Positions 41,836 through 54,085 of a DNA stretch of 64,000 nt are shown piece by piece. Made by a program: the position numbers and the translations under genes. The notes under the pieces were generated by a model. It was not told where the DNA came from and made no database searches. It worked only from the letters and a program-made list of their open reading frames with translations. The DNA comes from an uncultured Candidatus Rokubacteria bacterium (GTDB lineage Bacteria > Methylomirabilota > Methylomirabilia > Rokubacteriales > DASRDR01). The DNA is taken from positions 32,001 through 96,000 of the forward strand of contig CAVPSB010000015.1 in assembly GCA_963708025.1 (NCBI GenBank), written 5' to 3'. Every line of letters begins with the position of its first letter. The first letter of the stretch is position 1.

Positions 41836-42798
41836 ATGAACCCCACTGCGACGCCGGCCGCCCGGCTCGACCTGCCCTTCCGCGGCATCGCCTTCATCCT
41901 GGTCGGGGCGTCGGTGTTCCCGCTGCAGGACGTGGTGATCAAGAAGCTGAGCGACCACTACCCCGTCCTCCAGATCGTCTTCATCCGCGGCCTGGTGTCA
42001 GTGTGGGCGCTGGCCTTGCTGGCATGGTGGGAGCGAGGGCTGGCCGGACTCTCGACGAAGCGGCCGGGCCTCCACGCCCTGCGTGGATCGCTCGGCGTGG
42101 TGTCCTTCACCGCGTACTACATGGCGATCGCCGCGCTCCCCCTCGCGGAGGTGGTGGCCGTGAGCTTCGTGAGCCCGCTGTTCGTCACGGCGCTCTCGGC
42201 GCTGGCGCTGGGCGAGCCGGTCGGCGCCCGGCGTTGGAGCGCGGTCCTGGTCGGCTTTGCCGGTGTGCTCGTGGTGTTGCGACCGGGCACCGCCGTGTTC
42301 GAGCCCGCGGCCCTCCTCGTCGTGGTGTCGGCGCTGTTCTACGCGGTGTCGCAGACGATCACGCGCCACCTGGGTCGCACCGATTCCGGCGCCACCATCG
42401 CCCTGACCTCGACCCTCCTCTCGCTGCCGGTGGCAGCGGTGGGCGGGCTGGTTGCCGGGCGCCACGCCACGGACGGCGCGCTGCATCCCAGCCTCGCCTT
42501 CCTGGTGCGGGGCTGGGTGCGGCCCGGGTGGGGCGAGCTGGCGCTCTTGGCGCTGTGTGGTGTCATCGCGGGGGTCGGGGCCTACTCGCTGGCCCAGGCG
42601 TACCGGGCGGCGCCGGCGAGCACCGTGGCGCCCTTCGAGTACGTGATGATCCTCTGGGCCGTGCTCTGGGGCTACGTATTCTGGGGCGACGTGCCGGGAG
42701 GCGCCACCGTGCTCGGCGTGGCGATGACCGTGGGCGCGGGTCTCTGGGTGGTGCATCACCAGGCAGGGCTCGAGCGCGAGCGCCGACGCCGTGCCTGA
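41836..42798 (+). CDS. DMT/EamA family transporter
   Basis: About 10 TM segments; LGEPVGARRW, APFEY. Confidence 0.92.
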   Translation: MNPTATPAARLDLPFRGIAFILVGASVFPLQDVVIKKLSDHYPVLQIVFIRGLVSVWALALLAWWERGLAGLSTKRPGLHALRGSLGVVSFTAYYMAIAALPLAEVVAVSFVSPLFVTALSALALGEPVGARRWSAVLVGFAGVLVVLRPGTAVFEPAALLVVVSALFYAVSQTITRHLGRTDSGATIALTSTLLSLPVAAVGGLVAGRHATDGALHPSLAFLVRGWVRPGWGELALLALCGVIAGVGAYSLAQAYRAAPASTVAPFEYVMILWAVLWGYVFWGDVPGGATVLGVAMTVGAGLWVVHHQAGLERERRRRA

Positions 42799-42881
42799 GA
42801 ATCGTGTCCCGGTCGAGCGGCTGGTCGATCAGGCTGGCGCCGCGCTCGGTTGACGCCAACCGACGCCGGGCGCTCGCGCGG

Positions 42882-43313
42882 TCAGCGGACCAGTGCGTTC
42901 AGCCGATTCTGGCGCGCCTGGCGATTCCGCTCCAGCACCTCGTAGATCGCGCCGAGGTCGGCCTTGATCCGCTCGGCCTCGCGGGAGCGCAGGTCCCGCT
43001 CGGCCAGCACGAGAAGGCTCGTCTTCTTGAGGGCCTGGAGGACTTCCTCCTGCTGCTTGCGAAGCTCGTCGAGCAGCCGGTCGATCTTGGCCGGGGCCGG
43101 CAACGCTCGTGGCTTCGCCGCCGGTCTCCCGTCCGTCTTGGCCCCGTTCGACGGAGCCGTCGCGGGTCTGGCCGCATGACCGTTGTGTCGCGCCGCCTCG
43201 TGTCGGCCGCGAGCCGCTGGCCAGTTGGTCTCGAAGCCGCACGAGAAGCGGCACACGTAGGTCTTCGAGCGGTCGATCCGAGTCTTGCTGTCCGTTGCGT
43301 GGTCGGTTGTCAT
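42882..43313 (-). CDS. Hypothetical protein with a C2H2 zinc finger and a coiled coil
   Basis: YVC-x3-C-x12-H-x4-H, then a heptad-rich C-terminus; GAGGG RBS. Confidence 0.7.
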   Translation of the reverse strand: MTTDHATDSKTRIDRSKTYVCRFSCGFETNWPAARGRHEAARHNGHAARPATAPSNGAKTDGRPAAKPRALPAPAKIDRLLDELRKQQEEVLQALKKTSLLVLAERDLRSREAERIKADLGAIYEVLERNRQARQNRLNALVR

Positions 43314-43485
43314 GTTCCCTCATCCTGCTTGTTCATTGCCTCGGTCCAGGGGAAGCCAAGTCTGGGGCGTGTGGGCACAACTGGCTGATGACGGGTAGTG
43401 TACCATCCGGAGGCCACCGCCGGGGGGAGCCCGATCGGACTCGAGGAGTGGCCCGGTTCTGGAGGGCGAGGAGGTCGGAGGCACG

Positions 43486-43869
43486 GTGAGTTCCGGGGAG
43501 GCCGGATTCACCCCGCCCGAGCCCGACCCATCGGACGTTCCCGTCCTCGTCGACGCGGAGAACGTTCGCCGCTCCGTGTGGCCGAACATCTCTGCCCGGC
43601 GCCTGGCCGACCTGTGCGCCGGGTGGGCGGAGCAGCGCGGTCGCCGGGTGGTCCTCGTCTTCGACGGCGGAAGCCCGGAAGGACGCGGGCGCTGCGAGAC
43701 GGTGGCGGCCCCGAACGCGGACGACTGGATCGCGGATGCCGCCTCGAGGCTCGACCGCTACTGGCTCGTCACGTCCGACCGCGAGCTGCGGAGGAGGGCG
43801 GGCGAGCGAGCGGCGAGGGTGATCGGCGGCGGCGCGTTCGCCCGGGAGCTAGTGGGCGGGGGCCGATGA
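43486..43869 (+). CDS. NYN/PIN-like (YacP-like) small nuclease domain protein
   Basis: LVDAEN, VFDG, ADDWI, VTSDREL acidic motifs. Confidence 0.8.
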   Translation: MSSGEAGFTPPEPDPSDVPVLVDAENVRRSVWPNISARRLADLCAGWAEQRGRRVVLVFDGGSPEGRGRCETVAAPNADDWIADAASRLDRYWLVTSDRELRRRAGERAARVIGGGAFARELVGGGR

Positions 43870-43899
43870 GCGTCGCAACGTTCATCTCGGTCGTGACGC

Positions 43900-44102
43900 C
43901 CTCGGCCTACGGCCTCGGGCCCGTCTCGACCTATGGTCGTCGTTCGGACGGCCTTCGGCCTTTGGGGTCGTCGCCGATCCTCGGCGTACTCGGAGTACGC
44001 CTGCGGCCGGCGACTCCCTGCGTCCTAGCGCTGCTCGCTCCTCGGCCCCGCCCCCAAGAACGTGACTGATACGCTGAGGTTTCGCACCCCGAGGACTCTA
44101 GG
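43900..44102. repeat. Structured REP-like intergenic element
   Basis: Hairpins GGCC-TAC-GGCC, GGCC-TTC-GGCC and GGCGTACT-CGG-AGTACGCC; GACGGCCTTCGGCCT recurs near 48692 and 51290. Confidence 0.55.
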
Positions 44103-44166
44103 ATCACCGGCACGCTCGGCCAGTCATCCGGGCCGGGCGCCGAACGGGGTGGCCCGCGCGGCGCCG

Positions 44167-44718
44167 TCAGTCGAAGAGCGCGAGCGAGCCGTTCACCTGC
44201 GCGCCTTCGATCGAGAGGAGGCGGAGCTTCGTCCTGACGCCGCCGTTCGCGGAGAAGCCGCCGACCTTGCCGCCGGCCGCGAGCACGCGATGGCACGGCA
44301 CGACGATCGCGAACGGGTTTCTCCCGAGCGCCTGCCCCACGGCGCGCGCCGCCCCGGGCGCGCCGATCCGGGCCGCGATGTCGCCGTAGGACAGCGTCGC
44401 GCCCGGCGGAATGGCGCGCGCGACCTCGTAGACGCGGCGGTGGAACGACGGCACGTCGTCCATGTCGAGCGCGACGCCGGAAAGATCGCTCGCCTCGCCG
44501 CGGAGGAGCGCGACGATGCCGTCGAGCGCGCGCTGCACGTCGGGCGGCGGTGTCGCTTCGCGCGCGTGCGGAAACCGCCGGACCACCCGCGCGCGCGTCT
44601 GGGGCTCGCCCGCCTCCGGGAGCTGCACGCCGGCGACGCCGCGTCCGCTCCACGCGAGGCCGCACCGGCCGATGGCCGTGTCGAACAGCGTAAAGCCGAG
44701 TGCTGTCATGGTCGCCAC
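44167..44718 (-). CDS. ogt: Methylated-DNA--protein-cysteine methyltransferase
   Basis: SYGDIA, ARAVG, NP..IVVPCHRV. Confidence 0.92.
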   Translation of the reverse strand: MATMTALGFTLFDTAIGRCGLAWSGRGVAGVQLPEAGEPQTRARVVRRFPHAREATPPPDVQRALDGIVALLRGEASDLSGVALDMDDVPSFHRRVYEVARAIPPGATLSYGDIAARIGAPGAARAVGQALGRNPFAIVVPCHRVLAAGGKVGGFSANGGVRTKLRLLSIEGAQVNGSLALFD

Positions 44719-44719
44719 C

Positions 44720-45184
44720 TCACCGACCGCTCGGTGACGGCTGCCGCCACCCGCGGATCTGGGCCGTGTGCTCGCGATAGTGTCCCGGGCCGGCGCCGTC
44801 GAACGGCTCCCGGGCGGGGCCGCCCGGCTCGAAGTGCCGCTCCGGCACGGCGGCGGCGGCGCCGACGAACCGCCGGTGGGATGCGTCGAGCTCCGCGAGG
44901 ATCTCGGCGGTCTTCACGCCCGTCTTCTGGTCGACGAACCGCGCGTTCCAGCTGTCGAAGTCGTCGTACGTCCCCGCCGGGTACGGCGCCTCGCCCTTGG
45001 CGACCCGTCCGAGGGCCGGGATCATCACCTCGTGCCAGCCCGAAATGTGGATCAGGATCTCGCGCACGCCCCAGGTGCCGAGCCAGACGCGGCGCATCTC
45101 GTCGTCGGTCAGGCCGTCGATCGCCCGGCGCAGCTCGGTGAACTCCTCGTCCGCCTCCCGCAGCAGCGTGGCCTTGTCGCTCAT
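44720..45184 (-). CDS. DinB/ClbS-like four-helix-bundle protein
   Basis: WGVREILIHISGW, HYREH. Confidence 0.8.
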   Translation of the reverse strand: MSDKATLLREADEEFTELRRAIDGLTDDEMRRVWLGTWGVREILIHISGWHEVMIPALGRVAKGEAPYPAGTYDDFDSWNARFVDQKTGVKTAEILAELDASHRRFVGAAAAVPERHFEPGGPAREPFDGAGPGHYREHTAQIRGWRQPSPSGR

Positions 45185-45267
45185 CTGAACCTCCCGGCTC
45201 GAGTGGTCCTCGCTCCCCGTAGCATGAGACCCCGGCCGGACGCCGGCGTGAAATCCGGAGCGGCCGC

Positions 45268-45855
45268 TCAGCCCGGGGCCCCGGCGCCCGGGGGGCGGGA
45301 GCCGGGAGGAAACGGCCCGCCGGGACTGGCGCCCGCGGGCAGCGGCACCTCGAAGGCGTTCAGCACGAGGCCGATCATGGCGTAGTACCCGACCATCGTC
45401 ACCAGCTCGACCAGCCCGACCCGGCCCAGCTCGGCCTCGGCGCGCTGGAACTGCCCGTCGGTGAGGCGGCGCGCCCGGTAGAGGGTGCGCACGGTGTCGA
45501 TGATCACCGCCTCCCGGGGCGTGAGGCCGTCCGTGGGCCGGCCGTCGAGGATGCAGGCGATCGCCTGGGGCCGCGTCCCTTCCCGCTGGGCGATCGGCTC
45601 GTGGGCGGCCCACTCGTACGGGGAGCCCACCTCCCGGCCCGCGGCCAGGATGGCCAGCTCGCGCTCGGCCCCGGGCAGCGTCGAGTGGAACCGGACCTGC
45701 TCGCCGAGGGCGGCGACGCGGTCGGCCAGGATCGGGTAGTGCATCAGCACCCCGTAGGGGCCGCGGATGGCGCCGCGGGTGTCGGCGATCCGGTCGAAGA
45801 CCGCGCGGGCCTCCGCCGTCAGCTCCTCGCGTCTGGGCTCCGGGATCCGGGTCAT
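45268..45855 (-). CDS. Carboxymuconolactone decarboxylase (AhpD-like) family protein
   Basis: RELAILA, YEWAAH, VELVTMVGYY. Confidence 0.85.
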   Translation of the reverse strand: MTRIPEPRREELTAEARAVFDRIADTRGAIRGPYGVLMHYPILADRVAALGEQVRFHSTLPGAERELAILAAGREVGSPYEWAAHEPIAQREGTRPQAIACILDGRPTDGLTPREAVIIDTVRTLYRARRLTDGQFQRAEAELGRVGLVELVTMVGYYAMIGLVLNAFEVPLPAGASPGGPFPPGSRPPGAGAPG

Positions 45856-46808
45856 GTCCGCTCCCTCAGCGCCTGGCGCAGCGCGCCGGCGATCAGCGTG
45901 ACTGCGTGCGACGCGGTGTCGATGAGCCGTCCCATCGGCACGAAGCCGTGGATCATCCCCCCGTAGCCGACGGAGTCCACGCGCACGCCCGCGTCCCGCA
46001 GGCGCCGGGCGTACGCTTCTCCCTCGTCCCGCAGGGGATCGAACCCGGCGGTGACGACGAGGGCCGGCGGCAGGCCGGCGAGCGACGGCGCGCGGAGCGG
46101 CGAGGCGCGCCAGTCGGCCGCCTCGCCCGGCGAGCCGAGGTAGTGCGCGATGAACCAGCGCATCGCGTCGCGGGTGAGGAGGTAGCCGTCGGCGAAGTCC
46201 CGGTACGACGCGCGTTTCGGCTGCCACGTCGGTGACCGGGTAGATCAGCGACCTGCAAGGCGATGGACGGCGCCCCGGTGTCGCGCGCCAGCAGCGAGAC
46301 GACCGCGGCCAGGTTGCCGCCGGCGCTGTCGCCGCCGACGGCGAGGCGACTCGCGTCGAGGCCGAGCTCGGCAGCGTGGGCGACGATCCAGCGCGTGGCC
46401 GCCCAGGCGTCGTCGACGGCGGCGGGGAACTTGTGCTCGGGCGCCAGACGGTAGTCGACGGCGACCACGCTGGCGCCGGACTCGGCGGTGAGCTGGCGGC
46501 ACAGCACGTCGTGGGTGTCGAGGTCGCCGATCACCCAGCCGCCGCCGTGGAAGAAGACGCAGCGCCGGCAGCGGCGTCGCGGCGGGGACGCCCGCCGGCT
46601 GGTAGAGGCGCAGGGGGATCGGCCCGTGCGGGCCGTCCGCCGTCACGTTCCTCACGCTGCCGATCTCCGGCGGCGCCGGCGTCGAGGCAGGGCGCGTCTC
46701 GCGGAACAGCTGGCGGGCTTCCTTCGGCGCGAGCGTGTTGTACGCCGGGCGTCCCGACTTCACGGCGAGATCGATGACGGCCTTGGCCTGGGGATCGAGA
46801 GCGTTCAC
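45852..46808 (-). CDS. HSL-family alpha/beta hydrolase (esterase), about three frameshifts
   Basis: [31 protein letters not shown] in successive frames. Confidence 0.85.
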
Positions 46809-46833
46809 ATGGCACCTCCTCCGGAGCTCGTGA

Positions 46834-48199
46834 CTACGCGGATTGGCTCACGCGGCCGGGGACCTCGAGCCGCCGGAGCACCGGCGACCCGACCGCCGGG
46901 GCCGGCCCCTCACCGACGGTCACCGCGGCCCGCAGCGCCGCCGCCGCCGCCTCGGCGCGGTCTGACGACGACGCGTGGACCACGGCGATCGGCCGGTCGG
47001 GCCCCACGGCGTCCCCCGGGCCGCGCACCTCCGCGAGGCCCACCCGAGGATCGATGAAATCGTCGGCGCGGCGGCGGCCGCCGCCCAGCCCCACCACGAC
47101 GAGGCCGAGCGCCCGCGCGTCCACGGCCGTGACGACGCCGGGGCGGTCGGGGAGAACCGGAAGCTGCACCGGCGCCTCCGGCGGGCGTCGGTCCGGGCGA
47201 TCGACGATGTCCCGGGGGCCCCCGAGCGCCGCGATCATCCTGGCGAAGCGCTCGGCGGCGGCGCCCGAGGCCAGGGCCCGCTCCACCGCGCGCGCGGCCT
47301 CGCCGGGGTCGGCGGCCAGGCCGCCCAGGACGAGCAGCTCGCCGGCCAGAGCGGCGGTCACCGCCTGGAGCCGGGCTTCCCGGCGCCGGCCGGCCAGGAA
47401 GTCGATCGCCTCGCGCACCTCGAGCGCGTTCCCCACGTGGTGGCCGAGCACCTGGTTCATGTCGGTCAGCAGCGCGACCGTCCGGAGCCCCGCGTCGCGC
47501 GCGACCGCGATCAGGCTCTCGGCCAGCGCGGTCGCCTGCTCCGGCGTCGCCAGGAGGGCGCCGGAGCCGACCTTGACGTCCATGACGAGGGCATCGAGCC
47601 CCGCCGCCAGCTTCTTCGAGAGGATCGACGCGGTGATGAGCGGGATCGAGTCGTCGGTGGCGGTGACGTCGCGGATCGCGTAGAGGCGGCGGTCGGCGGG
47701 GGCCAGCTCGGCGCTCGGGCCGACGATGGCGCAGCCGGCGGCGCGAACGGCCGCCCGGAAGCGCGCGGGGTTCGGGGCGATCTCGTAGCCCAGGATGCTG
47801 CCGAGCTTGTCGAGCGTGCCCCCCGTGTGGCCGAGCCCCCGGCCCGAGATCATCGGCACGAAGCCCCCGCACGCCGCGACCACCGGAGCGAGGATGAGGC
47901 TGACCTTGTCCCCGACGCCCCCGGTCGAGTGCTTGTCCAGGATCGGGCCGCCGAGGTCGCTCGCGGGACCAGTCGAGGCGGGAGCCGGAGCGGGCCATGG
48001 CGCGGGTCAGCGCCGCGCACTCCGCCGAGGTCATGCCGCGGATGCACACGGCCATGGCGAAGGCGGCGACCTGGGCGTCGCTGAGGGCGCCGTGGGTGAT
48101 GCCCTTGACCAGGCCCGTGATCTCGTCGTCGGTCAGGGTGGCCCCGTCCCGCTTCCGGCGAATGAGCTCCGCCGTCGAGGGCCCGGCCCGTGGCGCCAC
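46834..48199 (-). CDS. deoA: Thymidine phosphorylase (frameshift near 47960)
   Basis: [38 protein letters not shown]. Confidence 0.92.
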
Positions 48200-48200
48200 G

Positions 48201-48641
48201 TCAGGGAGCCGCGCCGGCCCCGGGGGGCGCCGGGGTGCCGGGCGGGGCGAGGGTATCCGGACCGAAGGCCAGCGGCAGGAGGTCGCCGAGCGTGGTGGTG
48301 ACCCGGACGCCCTCCGGCCCGCAGAGGTGGATGCGCGCGTCCGGACGCGCGAACTCGGCGAGCTGCTGGCGGCACCGGCCGCAGGGAGCGCAGAGCGCGG
48401 CGCCCTCGCTCACGATCACCGCCTCGACGATCTGCCGCTCGCCGGCGGCGACCATGGCGCCGATCGCGGTCGCCTCGGCGCACTGGCCGACCGGATAGGC
48501 CGCGTTCTCCACGTTGCAGCCCGCGTAGAGCCGACCGCTCCCGGCCCGGAGGCACGCCCCGACCCGGAAGCGCGAGTACGGCGCGTGGGCGTTCGCCAGG
48601 GCCCGGCGGGCCAGCTCCAGCATCGGCTCGACCGCGCTCAT
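48201..48641 (-). CDS. cdd: Cytidine deaminase
   Basis: APYSRFRVGA, NVENAAY, CAE, PCGRCRQ. Confidence 0.95.
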   Translation of the reverse strand: MSAVEPMLELARRALANAHAPYSRFRVGACLRAGSGRLYAGCNVENAAYPVGQCAEATAIGAMVAAGERQIVEAVIVSEGAALCAPCGRCRQQLAEFARPDARIHLCGPEGVRVTTTLGDLLPLAFGPDTLAPPGTPAPPGAGAAP

Positions 48642-48644
48642 CGA

Positions 48645-48752
48645 TCGAGACCTCCCGCCACCCCCCCGTGGCCCCCCCTCCCCACCGATCGGACGGCCTT
48701 CGGCCTGTGGCGGGCGGAGGGGGGGCAGGAAACAGTGCCCTCGAACCGGCTC
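48645..48752 (-). repeat. Family A-like intergenic element carrying a GGCCGAAGGCC hairpin
   Basis: Begins at a stop codon; CCCCCCTCC...GGAGGGGGG stem; ends GGGAGGTCTCGA; related to 51285-51365. Confidence 0.55.
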
Positions 48753-49725
48753 ATCGCTCCTTCACGTAGGGGACGCCGATGGCCCGCGGCGCCACCGCGC
48801 GTCCCACGAAGCCGGCCAGGAGGCAGACCGTCAGCACGTAGGGAATCGCCTGGATGAGCTGGACCGGCACCACGCCGACGAGGGGGAGCGGCGTCCCCTG
48901 AAGGCGCGCCTGGACCGCGTCCGCGAAGGCGAAGAGGAGGCAGGCGGCGACCGTCGGCGCCGGGCGCCACTGCCCGAAGATCAGGGCGGCCAGGGCGAGG
49001 TACCCCTTGCCGGCCGACATGTCCCGGATGAAGGACGCGTGGTGGGCGATCGACAGGTACGCGCCCGACAGGCCGCAGAGCACGCCGCTCATGACGAGCG
49101 CCTGGTACCGCGTGGCGGCCACCGAGATCCCGGCGGTGTCGACGGCCCCCGGGCTCTCGCCCACGGCGCGCAGTCGCAGGCCGAAGCGCGTCCGGTACAC
49201 GAGCCAGGCCACGAAGGGGACGGCCGCCGCCGCCAGGTAGACGAGCAGGTTGTGGCCGCTCAGGACCTCGCCGTAGACGCGGCCGATTCCCGGCAGTCCC
49301 GCGAGCGCGGTGGCGCCCGGCAGGTCGATGGGCCCGAAACGCGCGCCGGCGCCGAGGAGCGGGGTCTGGCCGCCTTCCCGGAACCAGGCGTAGCCCAGCA
49401 CCACGGTCAGCCCCGACACGGTGATGTTGAGCGCCATGCCCGAGACCACCTGGTTGCCGTGGTGGGTCACGCAGGCGAAGCCGTGCATCACCGCCAGCAG
49501 GACCGCCGCCGCGATCCCCGCGGCGAGTCCGGCCCAGGCCGAGTCCGTGACCGCCGCGGTCGCGGCGGCCGCGAACGCCGAGGCCAGCATCTTGCCCTCC
49601 AGGGCGATGTCCACGACGCCCGAGCGCTCGGCGAAGAGCCCGCCGAGGGCCGCCAGCACGAGGGGGGCGGCTCCGCGGACGGTGGCGCTCGCCAGGAGGA
49701 CCAGGATCAGGAAGGCTTCACCCAT
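48751..49725 (-). CDS. Nucleoside ABC transporter permease
   Basis: ERSGVVDIALEG, GLRLRAVGE, GKGYLALAA. Confidence 0.92.
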   Translation of the reverse strand: MGEAFLILVLLASATVRGAAPLVLAALGGLFAERSGVVDIALEGKMLASAFAAAATAAVTDSAWAGLAAGIAAAVLLAVMHGFACVTHHGNQVVSGMALNITVSGLTVVLGYAWFREGGQTPLLGAGARFGPIDLPGATALAGLPGIGRVYGEVLSGHNLLVYLAAAAVPFVAWLVYRTRFGLRLRAVGESPGAVDTAGISVAATRYQALVMSGVLCGLSGAYLSIAHHASFIRDMSAGKGYLALAALIFGQWRPAPTVAACLLFAFADAVQARLQGTPLPLVGVVPVQLIQAIPYVLTVCLLAGFVGRAVAPRAIGVPYVKER

Positions 49726-49730
49726 CGGCG

Positions 49731-50060
49731 TCACCCGCGAGCGTCGAGGGCCTCCGTGACGACGGCGGTTCCATAGCACAGGACTTCCGCCGCGCCGACC
49801 ATGGGCCCGGTGTCGTACCGCACGCCCACCACCGCGTTGGCGCCGAGCTCTCGGGCGTGCGCCACCATCAGTCGAAACGACTCCTCCCGGGCCGCCTCAC
49901 AGAGGTTCGTGAAGATCCCGGCTCTTCCCCCGAAGAGCGTGCGCAGGCCGCCCACGATGGTCACCGGCAGCGACCGGGTCCTGACGGTGAGCCCTCGAAC
50001 GAGACCGAGGCACCTGACGATCCGCACGCCGGGCAGCTCGAACGTCGTGCTGGTGAGCAT
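49731..50060 (-). CDS. YbjQ (UPF0145) family protein
   Basis: LGLVRG, LGANAVVGVRYD, YGTAV. Confidence 0.9.
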   Translation of the reverse strand: MLTSTTFELPGVRIVRCLGLVRGLTVRTRSLPVTIVGGLRTLFGGRAGIFTNLCEAAREESFRLMVAHARELGANAVVGVRYDTGPMVGAAEVLCYGTAVVTEALDARG

Positions 50061-50154
50061 CGGCCCTCCCCTGGGCACGGGATGCTCCGCGCCGGGAGCG
50101 GGCCCCGGCGCCACCCGCGCCTCGCACGTGACCACGCTTCGCGCATCATTCGGG

Positions 50155-51267
50155 CTAGCCCCCCGCCCGGGCCGGTCGGCGGAACAACGCTTCGAGGGGT
50201 CCCCGGAGCGCGTACTCGAGGGCCCCGCAGACGAGGATGATCAGCCCCTGGATGACCACGACCATGTCGCGCGTCAGCTTCGGCATGTCGAACGACAGCT
50301 CGGACCCGCCCTGGTAGAGCGCCCCGAACAGGACGGCGGCCAGGACGATCCCGACCGGGTGGTTCCGGCCCATCAGCGCCACCGCGATGCCGACGAATCC
50401 CGCTCCCCCCGTGAAGTTGAGGAGCAGGCGGTGCTGGACGCCCATGACCTCGTTCAGGCTCATGAGCCCGGCCAGCGCCCCGGAAACGGACATGGCCACG
50501 ATCACCGTCCGGGCCGGCGGGATGCCCCCGTAGACGGCGGCCGCCTCGTTGTGGCCGAGGGCGCGCAGCTCGTAGCCCCAGCGCGTGTGCCAGAGATAGA
50601 GCCAGACCAGGCCACCGGCGGCCAGCGCGAAGAGGAACGACAGGTTGAGCGGCGAGCGGCCCATCTCCCAGCCCAGCGACCGCGCCAGGTCGTAGAGCTG
50701 GGGGAGCCAGGTGCTCGGGGCGAACTCCCGGGTCTCCGGCGACTGCTGGCCGGGCTTCATCATGACGTTGACCAGGAGGTAGGTCATCAGCGCCGAGGCG
50801 ATGAAGTTGAACATGATCGTCGTGATGACGACGTGGCTGCCCCGCCGGGCCTGGAGCCACCCCGGCACGAACGCCCAGGCGGCGCCGCCGGCCGCGGCCA
50901 CGACGATGGCGGCCGGCACGACCAGGACCGTCGGCCACCCGCCGGCCCCGAGGCAGAGGAGCGCCACGCCGAGGCCGGCGATGTAGGCCTGCCCCTCGGC
51001 GCCGATGTTGAAGAGCCCGCCATGGAAGGCGACGGCGACGGCCAGACCGGTGAAGACGAAGTTGGTCGCGTAGTAGAGCGTGTAGCCGACCGACTCGGCG
51101 TCGCCGAAGGCGCCCGTCGCGAGGAGGCGGAGGGCCCGGACCGGGCTCTCGCCGACCAGGAGGACGACCACCGCGGACAGGAGGAGCGCCAGAGCGAGGT
51201 TGACCGCCGGCAGCAGCGCCAGGGCGATCCAGTCGAACCCGGGGGAGGACCGGGCGGATCCGGTCAT
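50155..51267 (-). CDS. Nucleoside ABC transporter permease
   Basis: LFNIGAEGQ, ITTIMFN, GIAVALMGRNHP. Confidence 0.92.
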   Translation of the reverse strand: MTGSARSSPGFDWIALALLPAVNLALALLLSAVVVLLVGESPVRALRLLATGAFGDAESVGYTLYYATNFVFTGLAVAVAFHGGLFNIGAEGQAYIAGLGVALLCLGAGGWPTVLVVPAAIVVAAAGGAAWAFVPGWLQARRGSHVVITTIMFNFIASALMTYLLVNVMMKPGQQSPETREFAPSTWLPQLYDLARSLGWEMGRSPLNLSFLFALAAGGLVWLYLWHTRWGYELRALGHNEAAAVYGGIPPARTVIVAMSVSGALAGLMSLNEVMGVQHRLLLNFTGGAGFVGIAVALMGRNHPVGIVLAAVLFGALYQGGSELSFDMPKLTRDMVVVIQGLIILVCGALEYALRGPLEALFRRPARAGG

Positions 51268-51437
51268 TTGAGTCCACCCCTACCTGTTCGACGGCCTTCG
51301 GCCTTTGGCGACCCCTCCCGACTGATCGGACGGCCTCCGGCCTGCGGCGGGGGGAGGGGGGGCACCGCGCGGTGCCGACGCGGTCGGGGACCGGCGGCAG
51401 GCAGCGCCCGTCACTCGCCGGCCTGGCTCATGGTCCC

Positions 51438-53024
<1,587 letters not shown>

Positions 53025-53037
53025 CCGAGCGGCTTGG

Positions 53038-54030
53038 CTACTTGGCCATGTAGTCGGTGACCTTGATCTTGCCGGCCACGATGTCGGCGCGCGCCTGCTC
53101 CAGCCGCTTCTCCATCTCCGGGGTGATCAGCTTGCGGTTGTTCTCGTCGATCGCGTAGCCGACCCCGCCCTCGGCCACACCCAGGTTGCGCACGCCGGCC
53201 TTCCACGTCCCCTCCTTCGCGGTCTTGAAGGCCTCGTAGACGGAGAGGTCGACGCGCTTGATCATCGAGGTCAGGATCGAGCCCGGGTGGATGTGGTTCT
53301 GGTTCGAGTCCACGCCGATGGCCAGCTTCCCCTTGTCCTTGGCCGCCTGGAGCACGCCGAGCCCGGTGGCGCCGGCGGCCGCGTACACGACGTCGGCGCC
53401 GCGGTCGAACTGGCTCCGGGCCAGCTCGCCGCCCCGCGTCGGGTCGTTCCAGGCGGCCGGCGTGGTCCCGGTCATGTTCTGGAAGATCTCGATCCGGGGG
53501 TTGACGTACTTGGCCCCTTCCTCGTAGCCGAGGGCGAACCGGCGGATCAGGGGGATGTCCATGCCGCCGACGAACCCGACCTTGCCGGTCTTCGAGGCCA
53601 TCGCCGCCGCCATGCCCACCAGGAACGACCCCTCGTGCTCCTTGAAGACGAGCGACTGGACGTTGGGCAGGTCCACGACCGCGTCGATGATGGCGAACTT
53701 CACCGCCGGGAACTCCTTGGCCACCTTCTCCAGGCCGGTGGCCTGGGCGAAGCCGATCCCCACCACGATCTGGGAGCCCCGCCGCGCCATGTTGCGCAGC
53801 GCCTGCTCGCGCTGGGCCTCGTTGGTCACCTCGAAGTCGCGATACGCGATCCCCGTCTCCTTCTTGAAGCGCTCGGCGCCCTGGTAGGCGGCCTCGTTGA
53901 AGGACTTGTCGAACTTCCCGCCCATGTCGAACACGACGGCCGGGGCGAACTCCTGGGTCCCGGCCGGGCCCGCGAGGGCGAGGGCGGCGAGCACGAAGAC
54001 GGCGACCGCGATGCTTCCCGGCTTCTTCAT
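53038..54030 (-). CDS. BMP family nucleoside-binding protein
   Basis: DKSFNE, AAGATGLG, IGVDSNQ, SMIKRVD; AGGAGGT RBS. Confidence 0.93.
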   Translation of the reverse strand: MKKPGSIAVAVFVLAALALAGPAGTQEFAPAVVFDMGGKFDKSFNEAAYQGAERFKKETGIAYRDFEVTNEAQREQALRNMARRGSQIVVGIGFAQATGLEKVAKEFPAVKFAIIDAVVDLPNVQSLVFKEHEGSFLVGMAAAMASKTGKVGFVGGMDIPLIRRFALGYEEGAKYVNPRIEIFQNMTGTTPAAWNDPTRGGELARSQFDRGADVVYAAAGATGLGVLQAAKDKGKLAIGVDSNQNHIHPGSILTSMIKRVDLSVYEAFKTAKEGTWKAGVRNLGVAEGGVGYAIDENNRKLITPEMEKRLEQARADIVAGKIKVTDYMAK

Positions 54031-54085
54031 GGTCCAGACCTCCTGTGTGTCGATGGTCTCCGGGGCGGGGCCGCGACCGCGGCCC

